Positions 29,329-39,451 of a stretch of 64,000 bases of DNA are shown in pieces. The position numbers and the translations under genes were made by a program. This DNA is from an uncultured Gammaproteobacteria bacterium. GTDB taxonomy: Bacteria > Pseudomonadota > Gammaproteobacteria > JAURND01. The notes under the pieces are model-generated. The model searched no databases. It saw only the letters and a list, made by a program, of their open reading frames with translations, and was not told the DNA's origin. Positions within the stretch are counted from its first letter, which is position 1. Each line of letters begins with the position of its first letter. The stretch covers positions 640,001 through 704,000 of the forward strand of contig CAVQQD010000002.1 in NCBI GenBank assembly GCA_963714975.1. Reading direction: 5' to 3'.

Positions 29329-30462
29329 TTATTCCATTTGTAACTCATTTAACAAAGCTGCTATAAAACGCGCTGCCTCTCCACCCGTGATAGCTCGATG
29401 ATCGAAGGTTAAAGAAATGGGTAATATGGAGTGCACAACGGCCTGGCCTTCAAAGGCGACTACCGAGGGCCGAATTTTACCAAAGCCAATGATGCTTGTC
29501 ATCGGCGGAATAATGATTGGGGTTGAATATCGTCCGGCAATTGTACCGAAATTGGTGAGTGTGATAGTGGCGCCTTTCAATTCTTCAGAGGAAAAATGAT
29601 GCGTGCTAGCTTTGGCTTTAAATTCATTGAGTTTCTGCCGTAATTCCGCAGCGGATTGCGCAGCCGCATTTTTAATCACGGGAACATATAAAGCTTCTGG
29701 GGTGTCTACAGCAATCCCAACATTAACTTCCTGAAAGGTTTGGAGGCGATTCTCTCCCCCATGAAAATGTGAGTTTAATACCGGAACCGCCGTGCAAGCG
29801 GCAATGATCGCGCGAACAAAGCGGACGGTAATATCAGAGGATTTTGGCCATAAATGTAAGTCGACATCTTCAAAAAGGGTTACCGGGACAACTTCAGCAT
29901 GAGATTTGGCCATTTGCATGGCCATGATGCGGCGTGCGCCCTGCAGAGGGGTGCCTGCTTTGCTCGCTATTTCTGCTGTTACTGTGGAAGCAGCGGCGGC
30001 ATTGGCGGCACGGCGTACATCTTCTGCAGTCACTGCACCTCCTGGTCCAGTGGCAGTCACTGTGGCTAAATCAACTTGCAATTGCGCGGCTAAGGCACGG
30101 ATAGCCGGTATTGCCTTAATTGTCGAGCGACTTTCAGTCTTAGTTTCTAGCAGAACTTGCGCATTCTCCGGTAAAATATCGCTGCTTTGGATTTCGCCCA
30201 CTACCGTACCGGTATCAGAATGTGGCGGCTCTCCAGCGAAAGCTACTAGCGGGTCACCGGTTTTGATGGTTTCACCTGGTTTGCCATACAGCTTCTCGAT
30301 TCGTCCTGTATGCGGTGAAGGGACATCAACCATTGCTTTAGCTGTTTCCATCGCGACAATCGGTTGATCAACTTGTACCTCGTCTCCTTCAGCTACGTAC
30401 CATTGTCGAATTTCCGCATCCGGCAGACCTTCTCCGAGGTCTGGTAACTTAAATGTAATCAT
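29329..30462 (-). CDS. 2-oxoacid dehydrogenase E2 (dihydrolipoamide acyltransferase)
   Basis: Lipoyl motif ETAKA; DHRAITG. Confidence 0.93.
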   Translation of the reverse strand: MITFKLPDLGEGLPDAEIRQWYVAEGDEVQVDQPIVAMETAKAMVDVPSPHTGRIEKLYGKPGETIKTGDPLVAFAGEPPHSDTGTVVGEIQSSDILPENAQVLLETKTESRSTIKAIPAIRALAAQLQVDLATVTATGPGGAVTAEDVRRAANAAAASTVTAEIASKAGTPLQGARRIMAMQMAKSHAEVVPVTLFEDVDLHLWPKSSDITVRFVRAIIAACTAVPVLNSHFHGGENRLQTFQEVNVGIAVDTPEALYVPVIKNAAAQSAAELRQKLNEFKAKASTHHFSSEELKGATITLTNFGTIAGRYSTPIIIPPMTSIIGFGKIRPSVVAFEGQAVVHSILPISLTFDHRAITGGEAARFIAALLNELQME

Positions 30463-31439
30463 GCATACTCCATAACTTTGGTGACAGCAGTTAATATTCG
30501 CTCTACGCTTGGCAAGAATAGTTTTTCCATTTTGAAATAGGGCACTATCGTATCATATCCAGTCACACGCTGGACGGGCGCCAGTAGGGAAGTTAAGGCA
30601 TATTCGCCAATTTGTGCGGCTATTTCAGCTCCCATACCCCCAGTTCGTACCGCCTCGTGGATAATAACGCATCTTCCGGTTTTTTCAACTGAGCGTAGTA
30701 TAGTCTCAATATCCAGCGGTTTGATGGTCGCTACGTCAATAACTTCCGCAGCTAGGCCTTGGCTGGCCAACTGATTGGCTGCTTGCAAGGTTTCGTTGAT
30801 CGAAGCTCCCCAGCTGACTAGAGTGATGTCGCTGCCAGTACGCAACACAAAACATCGATCGAGTGGTAAGGCTTTTCCGTCGTCGGCTACCTCTTGTTTG
30901 CCATAGCGATAAATACGCGCAGGTTCCATAAAAATAACCGGATCAGGATCTCGAATTGCGGCCAGTAATAAACCATAGGCCCGGGCCGGGGAAGAGGGAA
31001 TGACCACACGCAAGCCAGGAGTATGAGCAAATAATGCCTCAGTACTTTCAGAGTGATGCTCGATTGCGCGGATGCCAGCGCCAAAGGGAGTTCGAAAAAC
31101 TAGTGGACAGGATAAACGACCACGCGTGCGGTTGCGTAACCGCGAGATATGGCTAATGATTTGATCCAGTGCCGGATAGAAAAAGCCAAGAAATTGAATT
31201 TCTGCAACTGGCCGTAAACCTTGTGCCGCCATGCCGCAACTAATTCCTGCGATCATGCTTTCGGCCAAGGGGGTATCAAGTACGCGCTCTGGGCCGAATT
31301 TTTGCAACAAGCCATTGGTGATTCTAAAAACGCCGCCGTTGACGCCAATATCTTCCCCTAAGAGGATTACGTTGGGATCATTGCACATTTCGTAATGAAG
31401 CGCTTGGTTGAGGGCTTCAGCTAAAGTAATTTCTGTCAT
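30459..31439 (-). CDS. 2-oxoacid (pyruvate or branched-chain) dehydrogenase E1 beta
   Basis: GEDIGVNGGVFR, DTPLAES, EHHSES. Confidence 0.93.
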   Translation of the reverse strand: MTEITLAEALNQALHYEMCNDPNVILLGEDIGVNGGVFRITNGLLQKFGPERVLDTPLAESMIAGISCGMAAQGLRPVAEIQFLGFFYPALDQIISHISRLRNRTRGRLSCPLVFRTPFGAGIRAIEHHSESTEALFAHTPGLRVVIPSSPARAYGLLLAAIRDPDPVIFMEPARIYRYGKQEVADDGKALPLDRCFVLRTGSDITLVSWGASINETLQAANQLASQGLAAEVIDVATIKPLDIETILRSVEKTGRCVIIHEAVRTGGMGAEIAAQIGEYALTSLLAPVQRVTGYDTIVPYFKMEKLFLPSVERILTAVTKVMEYA

Positions 31440-31485
31440 GGAGATTCCTTGTTAAATGTCGCCCCGACCTACGTCGTCCCGACGA

Positions 31486-32547
31486 CTAAAGCAGTGCAAT
31501 TTCTTCTCGTTGTTTTGCATAGGGGGCGGGTACTTCGGCGTATAAATAATCAATGATGGCGGTGTTGGGTTGAGGAGGCATGTTTAAATAGGCATCCGCC
31601 TCTTCGGCCACTTTGGCAGTACATTCTGCTTGTAAACTTTCTTCCTGGCTTGCTGACCATAGGTGCATAGTTTCAAGATATCGTCTCAACCGGGCGATCG
31701 GCTCTAATTTCCAGGCACGCTCCATCTCTTCTTTAGGGATATAACGTCTCGCATCATCTGCCGTTGTGTGATCGCAGAGCCGATAACTGATTGCCTCGAT
31801 TAAGCTAGGACCGCCACCTTGACGTGCCTTATCGAGAGCTTCATTAAGACTGTGGGTGACGGCAATGATATCATTGCCATCTACTTGCCAGCCTTCAAAT
31901 CCTGCGGCGATGGCTTTTTGCGCCAAGGTTTGACTGTGAGTTTGTTTACTGCGAGGTTCGGAAATGGCCCATTGATTATTGTTAATAATAAATACCAAAG
32001 GCAAGGCTTGGGCGCCGGTGAAGTTTAAAGCTTCATAGAAATCCCCTTCTGAAGTACCACCATCGCCACAAATACTGAGCACTGCCCGGGGTTGTTGGCG
32101 CATTTTCACCGCATAAGCTACTCCTGCGGCATGTAAGTATTGGGTGGCAATGGGAACGCAATTAGGGAAATCTTCTGCCAGCGGAAAATCCGCATTGCCG
32201 CGTTCATCACCGCCCCAGTACGCAAAAATGCGTGACATCGAGACGCCACGCATCATTAAAGCGCCTTGATCTCGATAGTAGGGGACGAATATATCTTGTG
32301 ATTGCAGGGCTTTTCCTATGCCAATTGATATGGCCTCTTGTCCCAGTGAAGAAGCAAAAGTGCCCATTTTCCCGGTGCGTTGTAAGGCTACTGCTTTGGC
32401 ATCACCTACCCGCGTTAACATCATCCAACGGTAAAGATCTAGTAATGTTTGCGAATCATTAGCAAACTCTGGCCAGGGTTGAGTGGGCTTACTGTCGGCA
32501 TCCAGAAATTGTAAATATTTAACTGAGAACTCAGCGATGGTTTTCAT
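31486..32547 (-). CDS. 2-oxoacid (pyruvate or branched-chain) dehydrogenase E1 alpha
   Basis: TPP motif GDGGTSEGDF..NNQWAIS; HTTADD; start MKTIAE preferred. Confidence 0.93.
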   Translation of the reverse strand: MKTIAEFSVKYLQFLDADSKPTQPWPEFANDSQTLLDLYRWMMLTRVGDAKAVALQRTGKMGTFASSLGQEAISIGIGKALQSQDIFVPYYRDQGALMMRGVSMSRIFAYWGGDERGNADFPLAEDFPNCVPIATQYLHAAGVAYAVKMRQQPRAVLSICGDGGTSEGDFYEALNFTGAQALPLVFIINNNQWAISEPRSKQTHSQTLAQKAIAAGFEGWQVDGNDIIAVTHSLNEALDKARQGGGPSLIEAISYRLCDHTTADDARRYIPKEEMERAWKLEPIARLRRYLETMHLWSASQEESLQAECTAKVAEEADAYLNMPPQPNTAIIDYLYAEVPAPYAKQREEIALL

Positions 32548-32648
32548 GTATGTAGTCCATTGTTTTAGTTTATACTGCGCGTCTTCTGGCATCTATGTCA
32601 GGACGACGGCGTGTCAATAAACTATCATTCCTCTCAAGGAAAAGCTAT

Positions 32649-33380
32649 ATGTCATCAAAAGTTCAGTTGCCGAAAGTGATAGGTCATCGCGGCGCTTGCC
32701 ATTTTGCTCCTGAAAATACTTTAGCTTCTTTAGCCAAGGCAAAAGAATTGGGAGTAGCCTGGGTTGAATTAGATGCGATGTTGACAGGCGACGAAGAAGT
32801 GATTGTAATGCACGATCAGACAGTGAATCGTACGACTAATGGCCAAGGTGAAGTGTCGCAAATGAGCTATGCTGACCTAGCAAAATTGGATGCTGGCAGT
32901 TGGTTTGGTTCAGAATTTTCTGGAGAACGAGTGCCCACCTTGAGTGATTTCCTGGGTCGTGCTGCTGAATTAGCAATCGGGGTTAATGTTGAAATTAAGT
33001 CTTATCAGGGTAGAGATCGGCAGACTGCATTTCGGGTGATTGAGATACTCAATCAGCATGATTTTACGAATGGTATTATTGTTTCGAGTTTTTCTTGGGA
33101 AAGTTTAGCCGTTGCGCGTGCGCTGAGTGAAGTTTATCCTTTGGCGATGATTCTAGATCACTGGACTGCAGATTGGCAGGAGTACATACGTCAATTGGCT
33201 TGTTTTTCCGTACACGTGGCTGCGGGAATGTTAACACCCAAAATAGTAGATCAAGTTAAATCACTTGATGTACGCTTAGCGGCTTATACGGTTAATTCAC
33301 CTGAACAGGCAGCAAAATTATTTGCCTGGGGCGTTGACGCAGTGTTTAGCGATTGTATCAATCAAGGAGATTATTTTTGA
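32649..33380 (+). CDS. ugpQ: Glycerophosphodiester phosphodiesterase
   Basis: VIGHRGA..APENTL, VELD, HD, NVEIK. Confidence 0.88.
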   Translation: MSSKVQLPKVIGHRGACHFAPENTLASLAKAKELGVAWVELDAMLTGDEEVIVMHDQTVNRTTNGQGEVSQMSYADLAKLDAGSWFGSEFSGERVPTLSDFLGRAAELAIGVNVEIKSYQGRDRQTAFRVIEILNQHDFTNGIIVSSFSWESLAVARALSEVYPLAMILDHWTADWQEYIRQLACFSVHVAAGMLTPKIVDQVKSLDVRLAAYTVNSPEQAAKLFAWGVDAVFSDCINQGDYF

Positions 33381-35809
33381 TTACTTTACTTTGGATTATG
33401 GCATTTTTTGCGATTATTTTGCTATTAGCTTATCGTCGTGCTTCATTGTCAGTTTCGAGCATTGCCCTGTTGCTGTTTTTACTCATGGTTTCAGCATTTA
33501 GCAGCTTAGGATTAGCTGGGCAAATTATTTTGTGGCTGATTTTTCTTATTATTGCTATACCGCTTAATGTCATTCCGCTGCGCCGACGTTTATTGACCCA
33601 GCCTATTTTTTCGCTTTATCAAAAAGTAAAACCCATGGTGTCGTCCACCGAAAGAGAAGCATTATCGATTGGCACTGTGGGTTGGGAAGGGGAATTATTT
33701 AGTGGAATGCCAGATTGGAATAAATTTTCTGCTTATTCCGCACCACAACTAACAGCTGAGGAGCAAGCTTTTTTAGATACTGAGGTAGAAGAACTTTGCC
33801 GCATGATTGATAACTGGGATATTAATCATCGGCGGTTTAATTTACCTGCGGAAATGTGGGAGTTACTAAAACAAAAAGGTTTTTTTGGCTTAATTATCCC
33901 GAAAAAATATGGTGGAAAAGAATTTTCTGCCTTAGCGCATTCAGCGGTAATCGTCAAAGTAGCAGGATGTAGCACGGCTGTGGCTACAGTTATTGGTGTG
34001 CCTAATTCCTTAGGCCCAGCTGAGCTATTGTTAGAGTATGGAACCGAAGACCAAAAAAACCATTATTTGCCAGGTTTAGCTAAAGGTGAGGAAATTCCTT
34101 GTTTTGCTCTGACTAGTCCTGATGCAGGATCGGATGCCAGTGCGATGCCTGATCGGGGAATCGTTTGTAACGGCAGTTGGGAAGGACAAGAAATTTTAGG
34201 AATCCGCTTACACTGGGATAAGCGTTATATTACCTTGGCGCCAGTAGCGAGTTTATTAGGTTTGGCCTTTAAATTGTTTGATCCAGATCATCTGTTAGGT
34301 AGCAATAAAGATATCGGCATCACCTGCGCCTTAATTCCCACTCATCTCCCAGGAATTACCATTGGTCGGCGGCACTTTCCCTCGCAATGTGCATTCCCCA
34401 ATGGCCCTACCCAAGGTAAAGAGGTATTTATTCCTCTGGAGTTTATTATTGGCGGAAGAGAAATGGCAGGTAAGGGCTGGCAGATGTTAATGGAGCGGTT
34501 AGGCGTGGGCCGTTCGATTACCTTGCCCTCTTTAGTGACCGGGGGGGCCAAAATTTCTGCTTTTACAACCGGAGCTTATTCACGTATTCGTACCCAATTT
34601 CATTTAGCTTTGGGTAAATTTGAAGGAGTGGAAGAAGCTTTGGCGCGAATTGCGGGTCATACCTACATTATGGATGCTACCCGGTTATTTTGCGTTTTAG
34701 CTGTGGATCGTGGCGAACGCCCTTCAGTACCTTCGGCAATTAGCAAATATCATACGACTGAAATGGGCCGTCGCGTGATTAATGATGCTATGGATATCCA
34801 TGCTGGGAAAGGAATTTGTATGGGACCGCGCAATTATCTGGCCCAAACTTATCAAGAAACTCCAATCGGGATTACAGTTGAGGGCGCTAATATTTTGACG
34901 CGTTGTATGATGATTTTTGGCCAAGGAGTGATGCGTTGCCATCCTTATTTATTTAAGGAATTTATGGCAGCTCAGAATCCAGACCAGCAGGCAGGTTTAA
35001 TTGAGTTTGATCGAGCTTTGTGGGGACATATTGGATTTTTAATTAGTAATAAGGTGCGTGCATTTTTATTAGGTTTGACTGGAGGGCGCCTTGCGATCAC
35101 ACCCGGTACAGCGGTTAGCAAGTATTATTATCAGCAGTTAACCCGGTTTAGTGCTGCTTTTGCCTTTATTGCAGACATGACGGTGCTCAATTTAGGGGCA
35201 GAATTTAAACGGCGTGAGCATTTGTCAGGTCGCTTAGGGGATGTGCTGAGTATGCTTTATATGGGCTCCGCCGTGCTGAAGCAATTTGAAAATCAAGGGA
35301 ATCCCTCCGAAGATTCGCCCTTATTGCATTGGGCTTTTCAAACCCTATTGTATCGGTTACAGGATGCTTTGGAAGGCATTCTGGGCAATTTTCCCAGGCG
35401 GTGGCTAGGGATTACTATGCGGTGGGTGCTATTTCCGCTAGGTCGCCCTTGTAAGCCGCCCAATGATGCTTTATGCAATCAAGCGGCCAGCTTACTGGTT
35501 AGCGCGACGGCGACGCGTTACCGATTAACCCAGGGGATATACGCCACTCCAGACGCAAATAATGTAGTGGGTTTTATTGAGCAAACTCTGCTTAAGACGA
35601 TTGCAGCCGAAGCTTTATGGACAAAAATTCATCTTGCCGAAAAAGAAGGCCAGATTCAGGGGGCAAATAAGCTCGAAAAACTTGAGGCTGCCTCATCTTT
35701 AGGCATCATTAGCCCTGAAGAGATTCAACTACTGGAAGAAGTTGATCGTATGCGTAAAGAAATCGTTGCTGTAGATGACTTTCCCCCCGACTTTCCTGCC
35801 TCATTTTGA
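33353..35809 (+). CDS. fadE: Acyl-CoA dehydrogenase (long FadE type); start may be slightly downstream
   Basis: PNSLGPAELL, PCFALTSPDAGSDA, ITVEGANILTR, VDDF. Confidence 0.92.
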   Translation: MYQSRRLFLITLLWIMAFFAIILLLAYRRASLSVSSIALLLFLLMVSAFSSLGLAGQIILWLIFLIIAIPLNVIPLRRRLLTQPIFSLYQKVKPMVSSTEREALSIGTVGWEGELFSGMPDWNKFSAYSAPQLTAEEQAFLDTEVEELCRMIDNWDINHRRFNLPAEMWELLKQKGFFGLIIPKKYGGKEFSALAHSAVIVKVAGCSTAVATVIGVPNSLGPAELLLEYGTEDQKNHYLPGLAKGEEIPCFALTSPDAGSDASAMPDRGIVCNGSWEGQEILGIRLHWDKRYITLAPVASLLGLAFKLFDPDHLLGSNKDIGITCALIPTHLPGITIGRRHFPSQCAFPNGPTQGKEVFIPLEFIIGGREMAGKGWQMLMERLGVGRSITLPSLVTGGAKISAFTTGAYSRIRTQFHLALGKFEGVEEALARIAGHTYIMDATRLFCVLAVDRGERPSVPSAISKYHTTEMGRRVINDAMDIHAGKGICMGPRNYLAQTYQETPIGITVEGANILTRCMMIFGQGVMRCHPYLFKEFMAAQNPDQQAGLIEFDRALWGHIGFLISNKVRAFLLGLTGGRLAITPGTAVSKYYYQQLTRFSAAFAFIADMTVLNLGAEFKRREHLSGRLGDVLSMLYMGSAVLKQFENQGNPSEDSPLLHWAFQTLLYRLQDALEGILGNFPRRWLGITMRWVLFPLGRPCKPPNDALCNQAASLLVSATATRYRLTQGIYATPDANNVVGFIEQTLLKTIAAEALWTKIHLAEKEGQIQGANKLEKLEAASSLGIISPEEIQLLEEVDRMRKEIVAVDDFPPDFPASF

Positions 35810-35810
35810 A

Positions 35811-35872
35811 GTGAAAACGTCATCCCGTGACTTGAGTGAAAACGTCATCCCGTGACTTGATCGCGGGATCCA
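35811..35872. repeat. 25-bp tandem duplication within a CGTC-type REP
   Basis: (GTGAAAACGTCATCCCGTGACTTGA)x2 followed by TCGCGGGATCCA. Confidence 0.85.
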
Positions 35873-35950
35873 TATGATTACATTTTTTCTTAAATTTTCA
35901 TTTAGTATTACAGTTGGTTCAAGGACTATTTACCATAAAAGGAAACTTTA

Positions 35951-36107
35951 TATGTTAGGTACCATTTTGCTAATACTGCTTATATTGTTGTTAGTAGGCG
36001 CGTTGCCTGCTTGGCCTTATAGCCGAGGGTGGGGTTATTATCCAAGCGGGGGAATTGGCTTAATTGTAATCATTTTAATTATTTTATTACTTTTAGGCAG
36101 AATATGA
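35951..36107 (+). CDS. DUF3309-family small membrane protein
   Basis: LLVGALPAWPYSRGWGYYPSGG signature; start MLGTILL, position approximate. Confidence 0.85.
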
Positions 36108-36119
36108 TCAGGAGGATTT

Positions 36120-36575
36120 ATGAAAAAAGTGCTGTTCTTAAGTTTTGCTTTAATTGCTCCATTATTTTTGTCTTATGGAGTTTATGGTGCTTCAAGGGAT
36201 ATGAATGATAACATGCCAATGAACGTCCAGATGACAAAGATGATAAGAGGCTTGGAAAATAATGGGTATATAGTCATCCGTGATATTAAATTTGATAACG
36301 GAGTCTATAAAGTAGATGCTATTAATGCACAAGGAAAAGATGTTGAAGCTAAAGTAAATCCAACTACGGGCATGGTGACTCAATCTGCAGATGGTAAAGT
36401 GAGGATAACTACTTTTGATGCAGCACAAAAAGTTGAAAATGCGGGATATAAAAGCATTTATTCCATTGAAGCATCAGGAGATAATTATAAAGTAAAAGCA
36501 ATACAAAGTAATGGTGATAAAATCTCCTTAACTGTGGATGGAGCTAACGGAAATATCAGGAAAGATCTATTTTAA
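36120..36575 (+). CDS. Secreted tandem PepSY-like domain protein
   Basis: Signal peptide; two LE..GY..I..I...G.Y.V.A repeats; paralog of 48520-48957. Confidence 0.75.
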   Translation: MKKVLFLSFALIAPLFLSYGVYGASRDMNDNMPMNVQMTKMIRGLENNGYIVIRDIKFDNGVYKVDAINAQGKDVEAKVNPTTGMVTQSADGKVRITTFDAAQKVENAGYKSIYSIEASGDNYKVKAIQSNGDKISLTVDGANGNIRKDLF

Positions 36576-36602
36576 AGGAATATTAAACAAAGGAGGATAT
36601 AC

Positions 36603-36810
36603 TATGAATAAAGATGTCATTCAAGGTAATTGGCACCAAATTAAAGGTCAATTAACGCACCAATGGGGAAAGTTAACGGATGATGATGTGACGAAAATGC
36701 AGGGATCGTATGAAGAGCTTTGTGGTGTGTTACAAAAGAAATATGGTTATTCCAAGGACAATGCGGAAAAAGAGTTGAATGAATTTATCAAGAAAAATAA
36801 TTGTCACTAG
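36603..36810 (+). CDS. CsbD/YjbJ-family stress protein
   Basis: MNKDVIQGNWHQIKGQLTHQWGKLTDDD..LQKKYGYSKD; AGGAGG RBS; start position approximate. Confidence 0.9.
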
Positions 36811-36862
36811 AATAGTGATTATTGTTTGGACATTTTTTTAACTAACCAAAAGGAGAAATACC

Positions 36863-37012
36863 ATGAGTCCACTTTATCCTAAAGAACATAATCCTAGTGT
36901 CGAGAGACCTGAGCCAAATCAACCTAAACATCCTACTGAACCTCGCCGTCCTGAGCACCAAAAACCTGGTGAACCAAGAATGCCGCAGGGTGATCGTAAA
37001 AAGATGAAATAG
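36863..37012 (+). CDS. 49-aa Pro/charge-rich small protein not in the ORF track
   Basis: AAGGAG RBS; MSPLYPKEHNPSVERPEPNQPKHPTEPRRPEHQKPGEPRMPQGDRKKMK. Confidence 0.65.
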   Translation: MSPLYPKEHNPSVERPEPNQPKHPTEPRRPEHQKPGEPRMPQGDRKKMK

Positions 37013-37122
37013 TAGTGGTTCGATGTCTGTAGATGTTCTTGTTGTCTCTGCAGGGATGACTGCCGTCCTCCCTGCATTTTTTCGTCCCATCTTTCCGTCC
37101 TCCCTGCATGGATGCAGGGATT

Positions 37123-37821
37123 CTAGCACGCAGGAAGCGAAACTTTCACATCCTTGCGATCTGGATTTTGGTATCCATTCCAGAACGACACTAACCAAGG
37201 CACAATAAGAATTGACAAATACATTCCAGCAACCACATCGCTTAGATAATGCGCAGTAACCACAATCCGAGAAAGACTAATTACCAAAAATAAAAGCACA
37301 AAGGCAATCCAATAACGGGTAAACAAAAAACACAGCCCTAACATGAAACTGGTTATAAGCATACTGTGTCCAGAGGGAAAAGAAAGATAAGCCACTTGGC
37401 TTTTTAGCAATGTAAAACCATAGATATCATGATGAAAAAGAAGTGTGGGTCGGGCACGGCCTAATATTCTTTTTATGATGTTACAAACTACAGCATTGGT
37501 TGTAATAGATAATAATAAAAAACCGCTCATCCAACTCCAACGTTTATTTTTCAATAAAAATTTAGTCACAATAAAGAGGATTGATAGAGACAGAAAGTAA
37601 GCTGTACCATGGCCCATAGCAGTAAGTATTTTATTCATCGAGACGAAATTTCTGTTCGCCGCATATTTCATATAAAGTGCAATGGGTTGGTCCCAGTAAA
37701 GAAAACTTAGGATACAGAAAGCTATGATAAAGCAAAAAAAATAAAAAGAATGGGTGATAGCAATAAACTTGTTGAACGAAGTGGATGAGCTATATCCTTT
37801 GTGTTTTAATAAAGTTTTAAT
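37123..37821 (-). CDS. PAP2-family membrane phosphatase (LpxE-like), probable ATT start at 37821
   Basis: KRILGRARP, SFPSGH, SRIVVTAHYLSDV; frame open upstream of ATG 37671 through an extra TM segment (FIIAFCILSFLYWD). Confidence 0.85.
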   Translation of the reverse strand: MKTLLKHKGYSSSTSFNKFIAITHSFYFFCFIIAFCILSFLYWDQPIALYMKYAANRNFVSMNKILTAMGHGTAYFLSLSILFIVTKFLLKNKRWSWMSGFLLLSITTNAVVCNIIKRILGRARPTLLFHHDIYGFTLLKSQVAYLSFPSGHSMLITSFMLGLCFLFTRYWIAFVLLFLVISLSRIVVTAHYLSDVVAGMYLSILIVPWLVSFWNGYQNPDRKDVKVSLPAC

Positions 37822-37833
37822 GGCTCTATCCTT

Positions 37834-38109
37834 TTAAACTCGACTATCGGAAAGCTCAGGTAAGATCACATTAAGTTCTAATACGGAACGATTTTCATCG
37901 CGTTGCAATTCAACACTCACTTGATTTTTTTCAATATGAAGATATTCAGAAATGACCTCAATTAATTTTAGTTGTAATTCCTGAAGGTTCACCACCCCAT
38001 TTTTACGCTGGATACGTTCATGTGCGACAATAATTTGCAGCCGTTCTTTCGCTATTTCAGCGGTGTTGGGGCGGTTAAGTTTTAATTTAAAATAATCGAT
38101 TAACTTCAT
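37834..38109 (-). CDS. minE: Cell division topological specificity factor
   Basis: TAEIAKERLQIIVAHER, VLELNVILP. Confidence 0.96.
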   Translation of the reverse strand: MKLIDYFKLKLNRPNTAEIAKERLQIIVAHERIQRKNGVVNLQELQLKLIEVISEYLHIEKNQVSVELQRDENRSVLELNVILPELSDSRV

Positions 38110-38942
38110 GCTAAACTGGTCTCCGTGTTAGATTTGCTTCCAAAGAGTCGTTTAAAAAATCCTTTCTTTTCGATATTTAAAAACCGATGAGGAACGGAAT
38201 CGCCCAAAAAGCGACTGACTGCATCCGAATAAGCTTGGCCAGCATCACTCATTTTATCCATAATGACTGGAATTCCAGAATTGGAGGCACGGAGTACAGC
38301 TTGAGATTCAGGGATAACCCCAAGTAAAGGAATCGATAAAATATCTTGCACGGTTTCAAGGCTAATCATATCGCCTGATTCAACGCGACGCGGGGAGTAG
38401 CGTGTAATCAATAAATGTTCTTTAGGAGCGGGCAGACCTTCTTCAACGCGTTTGGTTTTGCTGGCTAAGAGACCTAAAATTCGGTCGGAATCCCGCACCG
38501 AAGAAACTTCAGGGTTGGTGACAATAACCGCATTATCAGCAAAATACATGGCTAAATGCGCCCCACGTTCAATACCTGCCGGGGAATCGCAGACGATATA
38601 ATCAAAATCTTGTTGCAATGCATCGAGAACTTGTTGTACCCCTTCTAGAGTGAGGGCATCTTTGTCGCGGGTTTGTGAGGCAGGTAGGATATGCAAATTT
38701 TCTGTGTGCTTATCTTTAATCAATGCTTGGGAAAGCTTGGCTTCGCCATTGATTACATTGACAAAATCATAAACGACACGGCGCTCACAACCCATGATTA
38801 GGTCTAAATTACGTAAGCCGACATCAAAATCAATGATGACAGTTTTGAACCCGCGTAACGCGAGCCCGGTTCCAAAAGCAGCACTGGTGGTTGTCTTTCC
38901 TACCCCACCTTTACCTGAAGTCACAACAATAATATTGGCCAA
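38106..38942 (-). CDS. minD: Septum site-determining ATPase
   Basis: TSGKGGVGKTT, DFDVGLRNLD, C-terminal GFFKRLFG; TTG start. Confidence 0.97.
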   Translation of the reverse strand: MANIIVVTSGKGGVGKTTTSAAFGTGLALRGFKTVIIDFDVGLRNLDLIMGCERRVVYDFVNVINGEAKLSQALIKDKHTENLHILPASQTRDKDALTLEGVQQVLDALQQDFDYIVCDSPAGIERGAHLAMYFADNAVIVTNPEVSSVRDSDRILGLLASKTKRVEEGLPAPKEHLLITRYSPRRVESGDMISLETVQDILSIPLLGVIPESQAVLRASNSGIPVIMDKMSDAGQAYSDAVSRFLGDSVPHRFLNIEKKGFFKRLFGSKSNTETSLA

Positions 38943-39011
38943 TGTTTTATCCCTTGAGTTTATTAATAAAGTCGCCATTAACTAGGCATTGGCGGCATTG
39001 TACTGCACAAA

Positions 39012-39103
39012 TCCCTTCTCCCACAATGCTTTTTTGTGGGAAAAATCCCCTCTCCCCGCCAGAGAGTAAGCGAGGAAGGTGGGAAAGGATTAGGGAGAGA
39101 GGG
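39012..39103. repeat. CCCTCTCCC-family palindromic repeat
   Basis: Resembles 42061-42121, 58236-58291 and 60003-60060. Confidence 0.75.
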
Positions 39104-39163
39104 TATTATTTGATTTAAATCGGTGATATTCTTACAAATTTTTATAGGGAGCTTATTTAAGGA

Positions 39164-39451
39164 ATGGTGGTTATGTCTGATAATTGTGTTGGGACTATTT
39201 TTAAATATGCGGGAATATCCGGGTCTGTGGCAGGAGTGTTTTTTTGTATGATTAATTACTTAAAAGACAAGGATAATCAAATTAGCCCCCAAGTTTACCT
39301 TAATCTCGCACTGGTGATTATTGGTGCTGCTGTAGCAGGTGGCTTGATTGGGTGGTTAAAGAATTGTTATCAGCAAAAAGATGAAGATTGGACCGATATT
39401 GTGGAGGTGGGGGAACAGATAATAGAAGAGCCTAGTAATCTTAACCCTTAG
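39164..39451 (+). CDS. Small two-TM orphan inserted antisense between minC and minD
   Basis: AAGGA RBS; two hydrophobic helices; acidic C-terminus. Confidence 0.6.
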   Translation: MVVMSDNCVGTIFKYAGISGSVAGVFFCMINYLKDKDNQISPQVYLNLALVIIGAAVAGGLIGWLKNCYQQKDEDWTDIVEVGEQIIEEPSNLNP

